A DNA stretch of 64,000 nucleotides from an uncultured Caldilineaceae bacterium. Lineage in GTDB: Bacteria; Chloroflexota; Anaerolineae; Caldilineales; Caldilineaceae. Position numbers and translations under genes: made by a program. A model generated the notes under the pieces. The model made no database searches, was not told where the DNA came from, and worked only from the letters and a program-made list of their open reading frames with translations. Within the stretch, counting starts at the first letter, position 1, and each line of letters begins with the position of its first letter. Shown piece by piece: positions 54,394 to 63,247 of this stretch. The stretch lies in the NCBI GenBank assembly GCA_964566955.1, contig CAZMKQ010000002.1:8171-72170 (forward strand), given 5' to 3'.

Positions 54394-57300
54394 TCAGTTC
54401 CCCACCGGGTCCGAACCCGCATCCTGTGTGGTGTCCAGGGCCAGGACCTTTGCGACGAATTGCGCGCGGTTGGCGCCCGTGCCGAAATCGTTGATGTGTT
54501 CGAGGCCGAAGGTGGCCAGATAGGCCGTTCCGCGCTCTGAACCGTCTTCAGTGTCGGGCAGCGCGATGCCGACAATCCGGGTTGCGCCGTTGGCCTGGTC
54601 CTGGTGAACCAACCAGGCTTCGGCACTGCCGGCCTGTGTTCCCGTTGTCAGTGTGTGCAGGGGCAGCGTGCCTTCGGCATTGTCCGTCTGCGGTGCCAGG
54701 ACGGGCGCGTTGGCCTGCAGGACGGTGGAATCGGTCGTCTGGACTTCCACATTGAGCCGCAGGCTTCCCTGTCTGCGGGCAGTTTCCTGATCGGCACTGA
54801 GGTTGACCCGGCCCTGCCATTGGAATCGGCCGTCGATCGGGACCAAATGCGGGGTGGACCACAGTGGATCGCCGGCCACCCTTGCCCCTCCTTGCTCGTG
54901 GACAAGGTGTATCGATTTGACTCCCCTGAGTGCCGAACCCTCAACGGTGACGTCCATGAGCAATGATGCGGTGGCAGGCTGCAGTGACCAGGCAACCTGC
55001 CCGGAGAGCGGATTGTCGGTATCGGAGGTGCTTGAGCCGGAGGATGTCAGGGAGGTCTGTCCCAAATCGGTATTGGACCGTGCCAGATCCAGTACCAGAT
55101 CGCTCCAGCCATCGAGCCCGGGTTGAAGTCCGGACACCTGAAGCTGGGTTTGTCCGTATCGGTCGGCGGTCTGCTCCTGGACCTGTACTCCGTTGAGGAG
55201 TGCCGGTCGTAGCGCGGAAGAACCCAGGACTTTGTGGCTGTGCTTCCCCATCACCAGCAAATTGCCGCCCGACACCAGATAGTCGACCAACAGGTCCAGG
55301 TCGCCGTCCGAGAACGGCAGGGGAACCTTGCTGGCCTGCGGATTGCCGGCGTGATCGCCCGTGAACAGGATGACCCATTCCGGGGGCGAAGCGGCAAACA
55401 GGGCCGGCGGCACGTTGACCAGATTGAGTGCGGTGTCCCAGTAGAGGAAATCAATCCCCAGAGCCGCCAGGGTTTGCCTGTACCAGAGTGAAACGTCCGG
55501 ATACAACGGGCTGAGGTCGGCATCAATCAGGACGACTTGCGGCGAAGGGGGGTGAGAGGTCAGCCAGGCGAAGACCGGGGCGTGCCATTCATCCGAGCCA
55601 TCTGAAATCAACAGGAATCCTTCCAGGATGCCAGGGCCCGAAACTGCATCCAGGTCGAGGGTAATCGTGGCTGTGGTGGTGTCGCCCGCCGGCAGGTCGA
55701 CCTGGGAAGGCACCACCGAGACATGGGACAATGCCGGCAGGCCTGTCATGCCGGCCTGCACCAGTGAAAGCTGCAGGGACCTGGCATCGGGACCGGTGTT
55801 GGCAATCGTGATCGAACGGGTCAAGTTCCCTGTTGCCTGTCCCACAAGTCCGAAGTCGGCTTTGTGGGGCACTAGGAACAGTGAGTTGGCGATGGCGCGT
55901 TCGATGTTCAGGAGGCCGCTTCCCATGTCCAGCAGCCCGGCCGGTGAGCCGTCGGGGTTGCGCAACCCGCGAAAGTCGGCAGTGTTCGCCATGGCCGAGA
56001 ACACTTGGTCGTTGGTCCACTCCGGATGTGCCTGTTTGAGCAGAGCCGCCGCCCCTGCCGCGAAAGGCGCTGCCATCGAAGTCCCGGAGGCCTGGCCATA
56101 TCCCTTGTGGCGCAGTTCACTGACCGGGGACAAGGCGTAGCCTTGGGACATGATGTAGGCCCCGGGTGCCACCAGGTCCGGTTTCAGTGTTCCAAATACG
56201 GTCGGCCCGCGTCCACTGAACTCCGGCACCACCAACGGGTGGTTGCCGCGCTGGGTGGGAGTGGTGGAAACGATGAGCTGGAGCGAGGCTTGGGCCAAGT
56301 GTTGTCGAATCGCCATGCCGGTGTCGTGGCCCATGAACAAGGCGGGGATGCGAACGGCGCGGTTGGTATTGTCCTGGGCCATGCGCACCAGGGCGTTGCC
56401 GCCGCTGGCATGGTTGTACACGACTACCGCCGAGGAACCGGCTTGCTGTGCGTTAATCACCTTCGAAACAAACGAACAGAAACCGCGTTCGACAATCACA
56501 ACCTGACCCGTCAACGAGGAGGGTCGCCAGGCTTGGCAGCCATACGGGTTGGCCGAGTCGAAGGTGGCTCCGTCCAGGAGCGGATAGGTATGGACCTGAC
56601 CTGCCCGGAAGCGCGGTCCGAATTCCGCCTGATTGAATTCCAGATCCGTGAGCAGTCGCTGGTTCGGTTGTCCCAGCCGGCTCACGTCGGCGGACTGCAT
56701 GCTGAATCGACCGCCGGTTGATACGGCCCCGACCGTCAGGTAACTGTCGGACGGGTTGGCCACGGAAAAAGGCATCGGGCCGTAGTTGCCTGCTGCCATG
56801 ACGACCACCATATCGGTCGAGGCGGCGTTGACCAGGGCCGAATCAAGGAAATTGTAGGGGGCGCTGTTGACACTGGGGCCGGTTCCCCACGAGCCAATCA
56901 CCACGTCCATCCCGTCCTTGACGGTGTCTTCCAATGCCGCCACCCCTTCCGCCGTGAAGAACGTTTTCTTTCCGCTCTGACTGTTGTAGAACACCCGGTA
57001 GCTTCCCAGCCAGGCTTGGGGGGCAATGCCGGACAGGGTCGGCAAGGAAATCCCTCTGAAGGCTGCGTCCGTAACGATGTTGCCGGCAGCGACGGCACCG
57101 GTGTGGACGCCGTGCGAGGAACCGGCGCCGGGCCAGGCGTGGAAGTCGTTGCTGCGCGGCGGATCGGCAGTCCGGAAGTATGTTCGGGACACGACAATCT
57201 TGCCGTTGTTGGCTGCCGTAATCCCGAGGCCGCGGTCCGGGTACCAGTCCGGATAGGCAAACCCGTTGCCGTTGAACATCGGTGCCTGGTTGTGCAGGCC

Positions 57301-57942
57301 GGCATCAATGGAGCCGACCAGCACGCCGGTGCCGTCAAACCCGCCAGGATGGCCGTCCGATGTGCGGGTCCAGGCACGAATCAACTGCGGTCCGGCGTAC
57401 AGCTGTGCTTGGATCTCCAGATCCCGGTGCACTGCTCGGACGTTGGGGAGCGACGAGATGGCCGCCTGGGCCTCGGGGCCGAAACCCGAGCTGGATTGCA
57501 GGACCATTGCGTTCGTAACTGCATTGAACGCAAGGGGATGGGCAACCCCGTCCAGACCTGTGTAGGAACTTGCGGCGACTTCGCTCTGCAGGTTGTCCAG
57601 TTCGCTCCGGAATGCCTCTTGTTCGTTCTGCAGCTGGTAGGCGTATACCTCCACTGCATCGTTTTGGGCTGCAAAGGCCACACTGTCGGTACGCGCAAAC
57701 CGCTCGCGGCCGAACACCTGGGCAATTCCGGGTGACTGCAACTCCACGATCAGGCGGTTGGATGCGGACTGGCCGGGCACCGTCGCCGCCTGCGGGGCCA
57801 AGGCCTGTGGGGCGCTCTCGGCCGGAAGCGGCAAGGGGAATCCGAGCCACAACAGGACCGCGGCCACCGCGGCGGCTACGGCACCCGCGATCCAGCAGGA
57901 TGAGCGCAAAGAGGGATTGAGGCGAGGCGGCTTCGACGTCAT
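54394..57942 (-). CDS. Secreted S8 (subtilisin-like) serine peptidase with PA-domain insertion and a large C-terminal extension
   Basis: Signal/TM segment 'IAGAVAAAVAAVLLWLGFPL'. The catalytic triad contexts are 'VGSIDAGL' (D), 'HGVHTGAVAAGN' (H) and 'SGTSMAAPFAAGAAALL' (S). A PA-like insertion reads 'VVIVERGFCSFVSKVINAQQAGSSAVVVYN'. The start is ATG 57942 (MTSKPP). Confidence 0.9.
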   Translation of the reverse strand: MTSKPPRLNPSLRSSCWIAGAVAAAVAAVLLWLGFPLPLPAESAPQALAPQAATVPGQSASNRLIVELQSPGIAQVFGRERFARTDSVAFAAQNDAVEVYAYQLQNEQEAFRSELDNLQSEVAASSYTGLDGVAHPLAFNAVTNAMVLQSSSGFGPEAQAAISSLPNVRAVHRDLEIQAQLYAGPQLIRAWTRTSDGHPGGFDGTGVLVGSIDAGLHNQAPMFNGNGFAYPDWYPDRGLGITAANNGKIVVSRTYFRTADPPRSNDFHAWPGAGSSHGVHTGAVAAGNIVTDAAFRGISLPTLSGIAPQAWLGSYRVFYNSQSGKKTFFTAEGVAALEDTVKDGMDVVIGSWGTGPSVNSAPYNFLDSALVNAASTDMVVVMAAGNYGPMPFSVANPSDSYLTVGAVSTGGRFSMQSADVSRLGQPNQRLLTDLEFNQAEFGPRFRAGQVHTYPLLDGATFDSANPYGCQAWRPSSLTGQVVIVERGFCSFVSKVINAQQAGSSAVVVYNHASGGNALVRMAQDNTNRAVRIPALFMGHDTGMAIRQHLAQASLQLIVSTTPTQRGNHPLVVPEFSGRGPTVFGTLKPDLVAPGAYIMSQGYALSPVSELRHKGYGQASGTSMAAPFAAGAAALLKQAHPEWTNDQVFSAMANTADFRGLRNPDGSPAGLLDMGSGLLNIERAIANSLFLVPHKADFGLVGQATGNLTRSITIANTGPDARSLQLSLVQAGMTGLPALSHVSVVPSQVDLPAGDTTTATITLDLDAVSGPGILEGFLLISDGSDEWHAPVFAWLTSHPPSPQVVLIDADLSPLYPDVSLWYRQTLAALGIDFLYWDTALNLVNVPPALFAASPPEWVILFTGDHAGNPQASKVPLPFSDGDLDLLVDYLVSGGNLLVMGKHSHKVLGSSALRPALLNGVQVQEQTADRYGQTQLQVSGLQPGLDGWSDLVLDLARSNTDLGQTSLTSSGSSTSDTDNPLSGQVAWSLQPATASLLMDVTVEGSALRGVKSIHLVHEQGGARVAGDPLWSTPHLVPIDGRFQWQGRVNLSADQETARRQGSLRLNVEVQTTDSTVLQANAPVLAPQTDNAEGTLPLHTLTTGTQAGSAEAWLVHQDQANGATRIVGIALPDTEDGSERGTAYLATFGLEHINDFGTGANRAQFVAKVLALDTTQDAGSDPVGN

Positions 57943-58124
57943 GGGGCAACGACCGGGTTGGTTCCGGCGGAGGGGCAGCGAGCCTGTGGGACGGCAATGG
58001 TAGCAAAATTCGGCCAATCCTGTATCAGTAGCCGCGCGCCGCATGTCCGGCCATCGGGCCAGGCCGGATGGCAAGCCCATCAAGCAGGATTGTTGTCCCG
58101 GACACATCAAATTGTTTATCCCGA

Positions 58125-58150
58125 TTAACAATTGTGTTGTACAATGTCAA
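58125..58150. promoter_or_regulatory. AT-rich imperfect inverted repeat; candidate DtxR/MntR-family operator in the divergent S8-protease / mntR promoter region
   Basis: In TTAACAATTGT-gttg-TACAATGTCAA, 9 of 11 arm positions are complementary. The site also contains the palindromes ACAATTGT and TTGTACAA. It lies 26 nt upstream of the regulator start. Confidence 0.4.
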
Positions 58151-58175
58151 CCACATGTGAGCCAAGGTGTGCCAA

Positions 58176-58856
58176 GTGACTGCCGAACCCCTGGATGTCT
58201 CCCGGGCCCAGGAAGACTTTCTCAAAACAGCTTATCTGTTGCGGAGCGCCGGAACTCCGGTCACGAATTCCGAGCTGGCCCAGGCCATGGGCGTGACGCC
58301 GGCGGCGGTTTCAGGCCATTCGAGGCGTCTGGGCGAGATGGGCCTGCTGACGTACGAGCGGTACCAGGAAGTCGAACTGACCGCCCGGGGGCAATTGATT
58401 GCCCTGGAAGTCCTGCGCCACCATCGCCTGCTGGAACTGTTTTTCACGGAGACCCTAAATCTGCCGTGGCAGGTGGTTCATCAGATCGCGGAGAAGTTCG
58501 AGCACGATCTGGACGAGGTATTGGAAGACGCGATTGACAACCTGCTGAACAGTCCGCAGGTGGATCCGCACGGCGATCCCATTCCGGACAAGCAGGGGCG
58601 CATGCCGGTGGTGTCGGGGCAGCTGCTGTCCGAAGTGCCGGAGCAGGCGTGTCGCCGCGTGGTGCGCGTACTGTCGCAGGAGTCGGATGTGCTGACTTGG
58701 CTGGGGGAGATTGGATTGCGGCCGGGCGCCCCCATTGTTGTCAAGGAGAAGCTGCCTTTCGATGGTCCTGTGCGGCTGGATGTGAACGGCCGGGATGCCG
58801 TGATCGGCCATGACCTGGCGCAAAGGCTGCTCGTGTCGGGAACCGATGAACAATGA
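58176..58856 (+). CDS. mntR: DtxR/MntR family metal-dependent transcriptional regulator with a C-terminal FeoA/SH3-like domain
   Basis: Contains 'EDFLKTAYLL', 'ELAQAMGVTPAAVSGHSRRLGEMGLL', 'LTARGQLIALEVLRHHRLLELF' and 'DPHGDPIP'. GTG 58176 has AAGG 8 nt upstream; GTG 58167 is also possible. Confidence 0.85.
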   Translation: MTAEPLDVSRAQEDFLKTAYLLRSAGTPVTNSELAQAMGVTPAAVSGHSRRLGEMGLLTYERYQEVELTARGQLIALEVLRHHRLLELFFTETLNLPWQVVHQIAEKFEHDLDEVLEDAIDNLLNSPQVDPHGDPIPDKQGRMPVVSGQLLSEVPEQACRRVVRVLSQESDVLTWLGEIGLRPGAPIVVKEKLPFDGPVRLDVNGRDAVIGHDLAQRLLVSGTDEQ

Positions 58857-60007
58857 ATGCAGATTGGGCAAGGATGGTTGGAGCATGCCGCCGGGTGCCG
58901 GGATGGCTGCTGGTCGTCCTTTTCGGAGGCCTGATGGCAGGTTGTGCAGGCAACGGGAACGGTGGAGGTCCCGCTTCCGCGGCGGATCCCTGTGCCGCGG
59001 GCATGACCCAGGACGATTCGCTCCGCGTTCTGTCCACCACCGGACAAATCGGCAGCGTGGTGGAACTGATTTTGGGACTTGAGCAGATTCCGGACGGGCT
59101 TTGGATCCCCGGCACACTGGCGGAACGAACCGGTGTCGCCGCTCTGGCATCCATCGACGCCGGCGCGGCACCGGGTTTGGCTGTGATGGTCAGGCCGTCC
59201 ATCGCCGTCGAGACGCACACGATGCTGGGGCCCGGCGTTGATCCTCATCTGTACATGCCCACCCTCGGCGACGCGGAGGAATTCAACAAGGCCGATGTCA
59301 TCTTCTACAACGGTCTGCATCTGGAAGCCCAGATGCTGGGAGCCCTGGAGGAGTTGTCCGACAGCCGATGCGTGATTGCCCTGGGGGACTTGCTGTACGA
59401 GGATGTGAACCTGGCGGACCGGTTCATTCATACCGACGAGGGACTGGTGGATCCGCACATCTGGAATCATCCGGAGCTGTGGTCCCTGGCCACCGTGCGG
59501 ATGGCGCAGGTGCTGGAGGGAATGTACGCCGAACCCGTGCCCGAGTTCGCGGCCAACGCGGAGAAGGTGGCGGAACGGATCGCCGTGGCTGGATCGCTCC
59601 TTGCCGAACTGTTCGCCGGAGAACGCATTCCGGTGCGGTACCTGGTGACAGCCCACGATGCATTCGGCTACTTCACGGCGGTGACGAATCTGGAAAGCAT
59701 CGGTCTGCAGGGATTGAGCACCGAGTCCGAAGCATCGGTGTACGACATCCAGCAGATTGCCGAAACCATCGTCGCGTATCGGATCCCGGCGATGTTTGTG
59801 GAGTCTTCGGTCTCCACGGACGCGGTGGCGGCCGTGCGCGAGGCGGTCCGCGCCCGGGGATGGGACGTGCGGCTGGGCGGTGAGTTGTACAGCGATGCCC
59901 TGGGACCGCAGGGGTCGGAAGGCGCGACCTATCTGGGCATGCTTCAGCACAACGCCGTGACCATCTACTTGGCTTTGGCTGAGCCAATCCCGGAGGACGG
60001 CAACTGA
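58853..60007 (+). CDS. Metal (Mn/Zn/Fe) ABC transporter substrate-binding lipoprotein (TroA/ZnuA/MntC cluster-9 family)
   Basis: The lipobox is 'LMAGC'. 'DPHLYMP', 'DPHIWN', 'AHDAFGYF' and 'MFVESSVS' are present. An ATGA overlap links it to mntR. Confidence 0.9.
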   Translation: MNADWARMVGACRRVPGWLLVVLFGGLMAGCAGNGNGGGPASAADPCAAGMTQDDSLRVLSTTGQIGSVVELILGLEQIPDGLWIPGTLAERTGVAALASIDAGAAPGLAVMVRPSIAVETHTMLGPGVDPHLYMPTLGDAEEFNKADVIFYNGLHLEAQMLGALEELSDSRCVIALGDLLYEDVNLADRFIHTDEGLVDPHIWNHPELWSLATVRMAQVLEGMYAEPVPEFAANAEKVAERIAVAGSLLAELFAGERIPVRYLVTAHDAFGYFTAVTNLESIGLQGLSTESEASVYDIQQIAETIVAYRIPAMFVESSVSTDAVAAVREAVRARGWDVRLGGELYSDALGPQGSEGATYLGMLQHNAVTIYLALAEPIPEDGN

Positions 60008-60016
60008 GGTTCGGTC

Positions 60017-60778
60017 ATGCAGACCATGCCTCCGGCACTTGAAGTCAACGACCTGACGGTCGCCTACCGGGACAAGCCGGTTCTGTGGGATGTCGACCTG
60101 CAGGTGCCGACCGGGGTCCTGATGGCCGTGGTCGGTCCCAACGGCGCCGGCAAGACCACCCTCATCAAGTCCGTCATGGGTTTGATGCAGCCTGCGGCCG
60201 GATCCGTGCAGGTGTTTGGCGAGCCGGCCGGACGACAGCAGGTTCGGCGCATCGGATACGTGCCCCAGCGCACGTCCGTGGACTGGGACTTCCCCACCAG
60301 CGTGCGCGACGTTGTGGCGATGGGACGCTACAACCGCGGCGGCCTGTGGCGGCGCACGGACCGCCGGGATGCCGAGCGGGTTGCGCGGGCGCTCGCCACC
60401 GTGGACATGGAAGACCTGGCCGATCGGCAGATCAGCGAACTGTCAGGTGGCCAGCAACAACGGGTTTTCCTGGCCCGCGCCCTCGTTCAGGATTCTGATC
60501 TCTATTTGATGGACGAACCGTTCCAAGGTGTGGACGCTGTGACCGAACAGTCCATGGTGGCGGTGTTGCGGCGTCTCCAGGAGCAGGGCAGGACCGTGTT
60601 GGCGGTGCATCACGACTTGCGCACGGCGCCGGCGTACTTCGACTGGGTCGCGCTGCTGAACGTGCGCCTGATTGCCAGCGGCCCAATGGCAACCGCATTC
60701 TCGGAGTGCAACCTCCGGGAGACATTTGGTGGTTCGGCCCCCGCATGGGCGAGTCTGCCGGCGACGACGGCCACTTGA
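60017..60778 (+). CDS. Metal ABC transporter ATP-binding protein
   Basis: Walker A is 'GPNGAGKTT', the signature is 'LSGGQQQR' and Walker B is 'LYLMDEP'. Confidence 0.9.
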   Translation: MQTMPPALEVNDLTVAYRDKPVLWDVDLQVPTGVLMAVVGPNGAGKTTLIKSVMGLMQPAAGSVQVFGEPAGRQQVRRIGYVPQRTSVDWDFPTSVRDVVAMGRYNRGGLWRRTDRRDAERVARALATVDMEDLADRQISELSGGQQQRVFLARALVQDSDLYLMDEPFQGVDAVTEQSMVAVLRRLQEQGRTVLAVHHDLRTAPAYFDWVALLNVRLIASGPMATAFSECNLRETFGGSAPAWASLPATTAT

Positions 60779-60806
60779 ACGATATCGGCCAAGCCGATCC
60801 CGGGCA

Positions 60807-61925
60807 ATGGAAACGTTCCTTCAATTCCTCAACGACTACACCCTTCGCAACGTGTTGCTGGGCACCGCGTGGATCGGCGTGGTCAGCGGCAGCCTCGGTA
60901 CCTTTGCCTTCCTGCGAAGGCAATCGTTGCTCGGCGATGTCATCAGCCATGCGACGCTGCCCGGGGTTGTGCTGGCCTTCCTGGTCTGGCAGCGGCGGGA
61001 GATCGGCGTGCTGATGGTCGGCGCGGCCGGCACGGGCCTGCTGGCCACTGCCCTAATTCAGGTGGTCGACACGCGGACCAACATCAAGCGCGACGGGGCC
61101 ATGGGGGTCGCCCTGGCCGTGTTCTTTGGCGTTGGCGTCCTTTTGCTATCCATGATCCAGAACCTGCCCACGGCCAGCCAAGCCGGACTGGACAAGTTCA
61201 TCTTCGGCCAAGCGGCCGCCCTGGTGCAGTCGGACGTGACCGTGCTGTTGGCGGCCGGAGGGGTGGTGCTGGTCGCACTGCTGCTGTTGTGGCGGGATCT
61301 GAAGATCGTCACGTTTGATCCCGACTTTGCCCGGGCCGCGGGCTTTCGGGTCACCGTCCTTGAGGGAGGGATCGTGACGTTGATTGTCGTCACCACTGTC
61401 ATGGGTTTGCAGACGGTGGGTGTGATTCTGATGAGCGCCATGCTGATTGCTCCGGCTGCCGCGGCACGGCAGTGGACCGACCGGTTGTCGATCATGGTTC
61501 TCGTCGCGGCTTTGGTTGGCGGGACGAGCGGGGCCGCCGGTGCGGTCGTCTCGGCGTTTGGCCCCCAAATTCCAACCGGTCCCGTGGTGGTCCTGGTCCT
61601 GACCGCGCTCGTGTTGGTTTCGCTGTTTCTGGGACGCAAGCGCGGATTGGTGTGGCACTGGCGCCGACAGCGGCGAAGCAGAAAGCTGGCCGATCCGGAC
61701 ACGGTGCTGGGTGCCTTGGGTGCGCTGGAATCCGCACATGCAGGGACGGTTCGCGGACATCCCAAGGCCGTCGTCCGCATGGCGGTGGGACAGTCCGCCC
61801 AGGTTGGTCAAGCCCTGACTGCGTTGCGGGAAGCCGGTTTGGTGGACGAACACGATGGCGACTGGTCGTTGACGGAACGCGGGCGCTCCGAGGCCGGTCG
61901 GCTGGCCCGCGCCCAACGGGGCTGA
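60807..61925 (+). CDS. Metal ABC transporter permease (ABC-3 family) with a C-terminal extension of about 90 aa, winged-helix-like
   Basis: The ABC-3 core includes 'FLRRQSLLGDVISHATLPGV' and 'IFGQ'. After the last TM segment come 'RRQRRSRK' and '...VGQALTALREAGLVDEHDGDWSLTERGRSEA'. The start is ATG 60807. Confidence 0.9.
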   Translation: METFLQFLNDYTLRNVLLGTAWIGVVSGSLGTFAFLRRQSLLGDVISHATLPGVVLAFLVWQRREIGVLMVGAAGTGLLATALIQVVDTRTNIKRDGAMGVALAVFFGVGVLLLSMIQNLPTASQAGLDKFIFGQAAALVQSDVTVLLAAGGVVLVALLLLWRDLKIVTFDPDFARAAGFRVTVLEGGIVTLIVVTTVMGLQTVGVILMSAMLIAPAAAARQWTDRLSIMVLVAALVGGTSGAAGAVVSAFGPQIPTGPVVVLVLTALVLVSLFLGRKRGLVWHWRRQRRSRKLADPDTVLGALGALESAHAGTVRGHPKAVVRMAVGQSAQVGQALTALREAGLVDEHDGDWSLTERGRSEAGRLARAQRG

Positions 61926-61928
61926 GCG

Positions 61929-63041
61929 GTGTCCAGCCTGGAATTCGAAATCCTGGCGACGGCGATGACCGTGAGCGCGGCCTGTGCGGTGCCGGGCGCG
62001 TATCTCGTATTGCGTCAGATGTCCATGGTGGCGGATGCAATCAGCCACACGGTCCTGCTGGGCATCGTGCTGGCGTTCCTGGTCATGCCGCTCTACGGTC
62101 ATCCCCTGATGGTGTTCGGTGCGTCGATGATGGGGGTGGTGACCGTCCTAGGCATCGATCTGCTGAAGCGGACGGGGCTGGTCCGGGAGGACGCCGCCAT
62201 CGGGATCACGTTTCCGGCTTTGTTCAGCCTGGGGGTCCTGCTGATATCGCTGCTGGCCCGCGACGCCCACCTGGACGAGCACATGGTGTTCCAGGGCGAC
62301 CTGGTCTATTCCGTATTCCAGCGCCTGGAACTGGCAGGCCGCGGTTACGGGCCGATGACCCTGTGGAAGATGGTGGGGATTTTCCTGCTCAACGGCGCGT
62401 TGGCTCTCCGGTTCCATCGCGAACTCAAGATTGCGACCTTCGATCCGGTACTGGCGGCCACCCTCGGCATTTCCCCGTCGCTTGTGCAATTCGGACTGGT
62501 GTTGATGACCTCCGTCACGGCCGTGGGCGCTTTCGATTCGGTGGGATCGATCCTGGTCATTGGTTTCATGGTGGTGCCGCCGGTCACCGCCCGGCTGCTC
62601 ACCGACTCCCTTGCCCGGTATCTGGGACTGAGCGTCCTCCTGGGGTGTGCCTGCTCGTTGGGCGGTTTCTGGATCGCAAGGACCGTGAACGGTTCGGTCG
62701 GCGGTTCCATCTCGCTGGTGATGGGTGCCATGTTCGTCGCGGTCCTGCTGGCCTCCCCGCGGCGCGGGCTGGTTGCGGACTGGCGCAGACGGCGTCGGCA
62801 GCGGGTGGAATTCGCCGTTCGGATGCTGGTCATACATCTGTTCCAGCACCGTACCCTGGGGCAGCGGACCGAGGAGAACCATGCCGGTCATCTGGAAGAG
62901 CATCTTGGCTGGTCCGCGGAGTTCAGTGGCCGGATCACCGGGTTGGCGGAGGCGCGGGGGCTGATCAGGCGGGTGGACACCCACTGGCTTGGCTTGACGT
63001 CGGTTGGGGAGCGGCAGGCCGAACAGGCCCTGGCCGGATGA
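61929..63041 (+). CDS. Second metal ABC transporter permease (ABC-3 family), also with a C-terminal extension of about 90 aa, winged-helix-like
   Basis: The ABC-3 core includes 'MSMVADAISHTVLLGIV'. After the last TM segment come 'RRRRRQR' and '...ITGLAEARGLIRRVDTHWLGLTSVGERQA'. GTG start. Confidence 0.9.
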   Translation: MSSLEFEILATAMTVSAACAVPGAYLVLRQMSMVADAISHTVLLGIVLAFLVMPLYGHPLMVFGASMMGVVTVLGIDLLKRTGLVREDAAIGITFPALFSLGVLLISLLARDAHLDEHMVFQGDLVYSVFQRLELAGRGYGPMTLWKMVGIFLLNGALALRFHRELKIATFDPVLAATLGISPSLVQFGLVLMTSVTAVGAFDSVGSILVIGFMVVPPVTARLLTDSLARYLGLSVLLGCACSLGGFWIARTVNGSVGGSISLVMGAMFVAVLLASPRRGLVADWRRRRRQRVEFAVRMLVIHLFQHRTLGQRTEENHAGHLEEHLGWSAEFSGRITGLAEARGLIRRVDTHWLGLTSVGERQAEQALAG

Positions 63042-63176
63042 GGCGGCACCGGTTGTCCGTGCCTGTCACCGGTCCTGGACCGACTGCCCGCGGAAGTCAT
63101 CGTTGAGGGCTGCCGGGACGTTGTGCTGTGCCCTGCCCCGGGCCCTGAAACCGTATCGGTTGCTATAATGCGGACG

Positions 63177-63207
63177 CGTGCCAAAGGCTGTTTGGCACGT
63201 TTCTTAT
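63177..63207 (+). terminator. Terminator-like hairpin between the metal-transporter operon and the aldolase gene
   Basis: cgtgccaaa-ggctg-tttggcacg forms a 9-bp stem, followed by TTTCTTAT. It begins 8 nt after a TGcTATAAT element (63161-63169), so it could instead be a 5'-terminal mRNA stem-loop. Confidence 0.45.
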
Positions 63208-63247
63208 ACCTCCAACCTGCCAATCAAGGCGCGGGAGAAGACGGACA

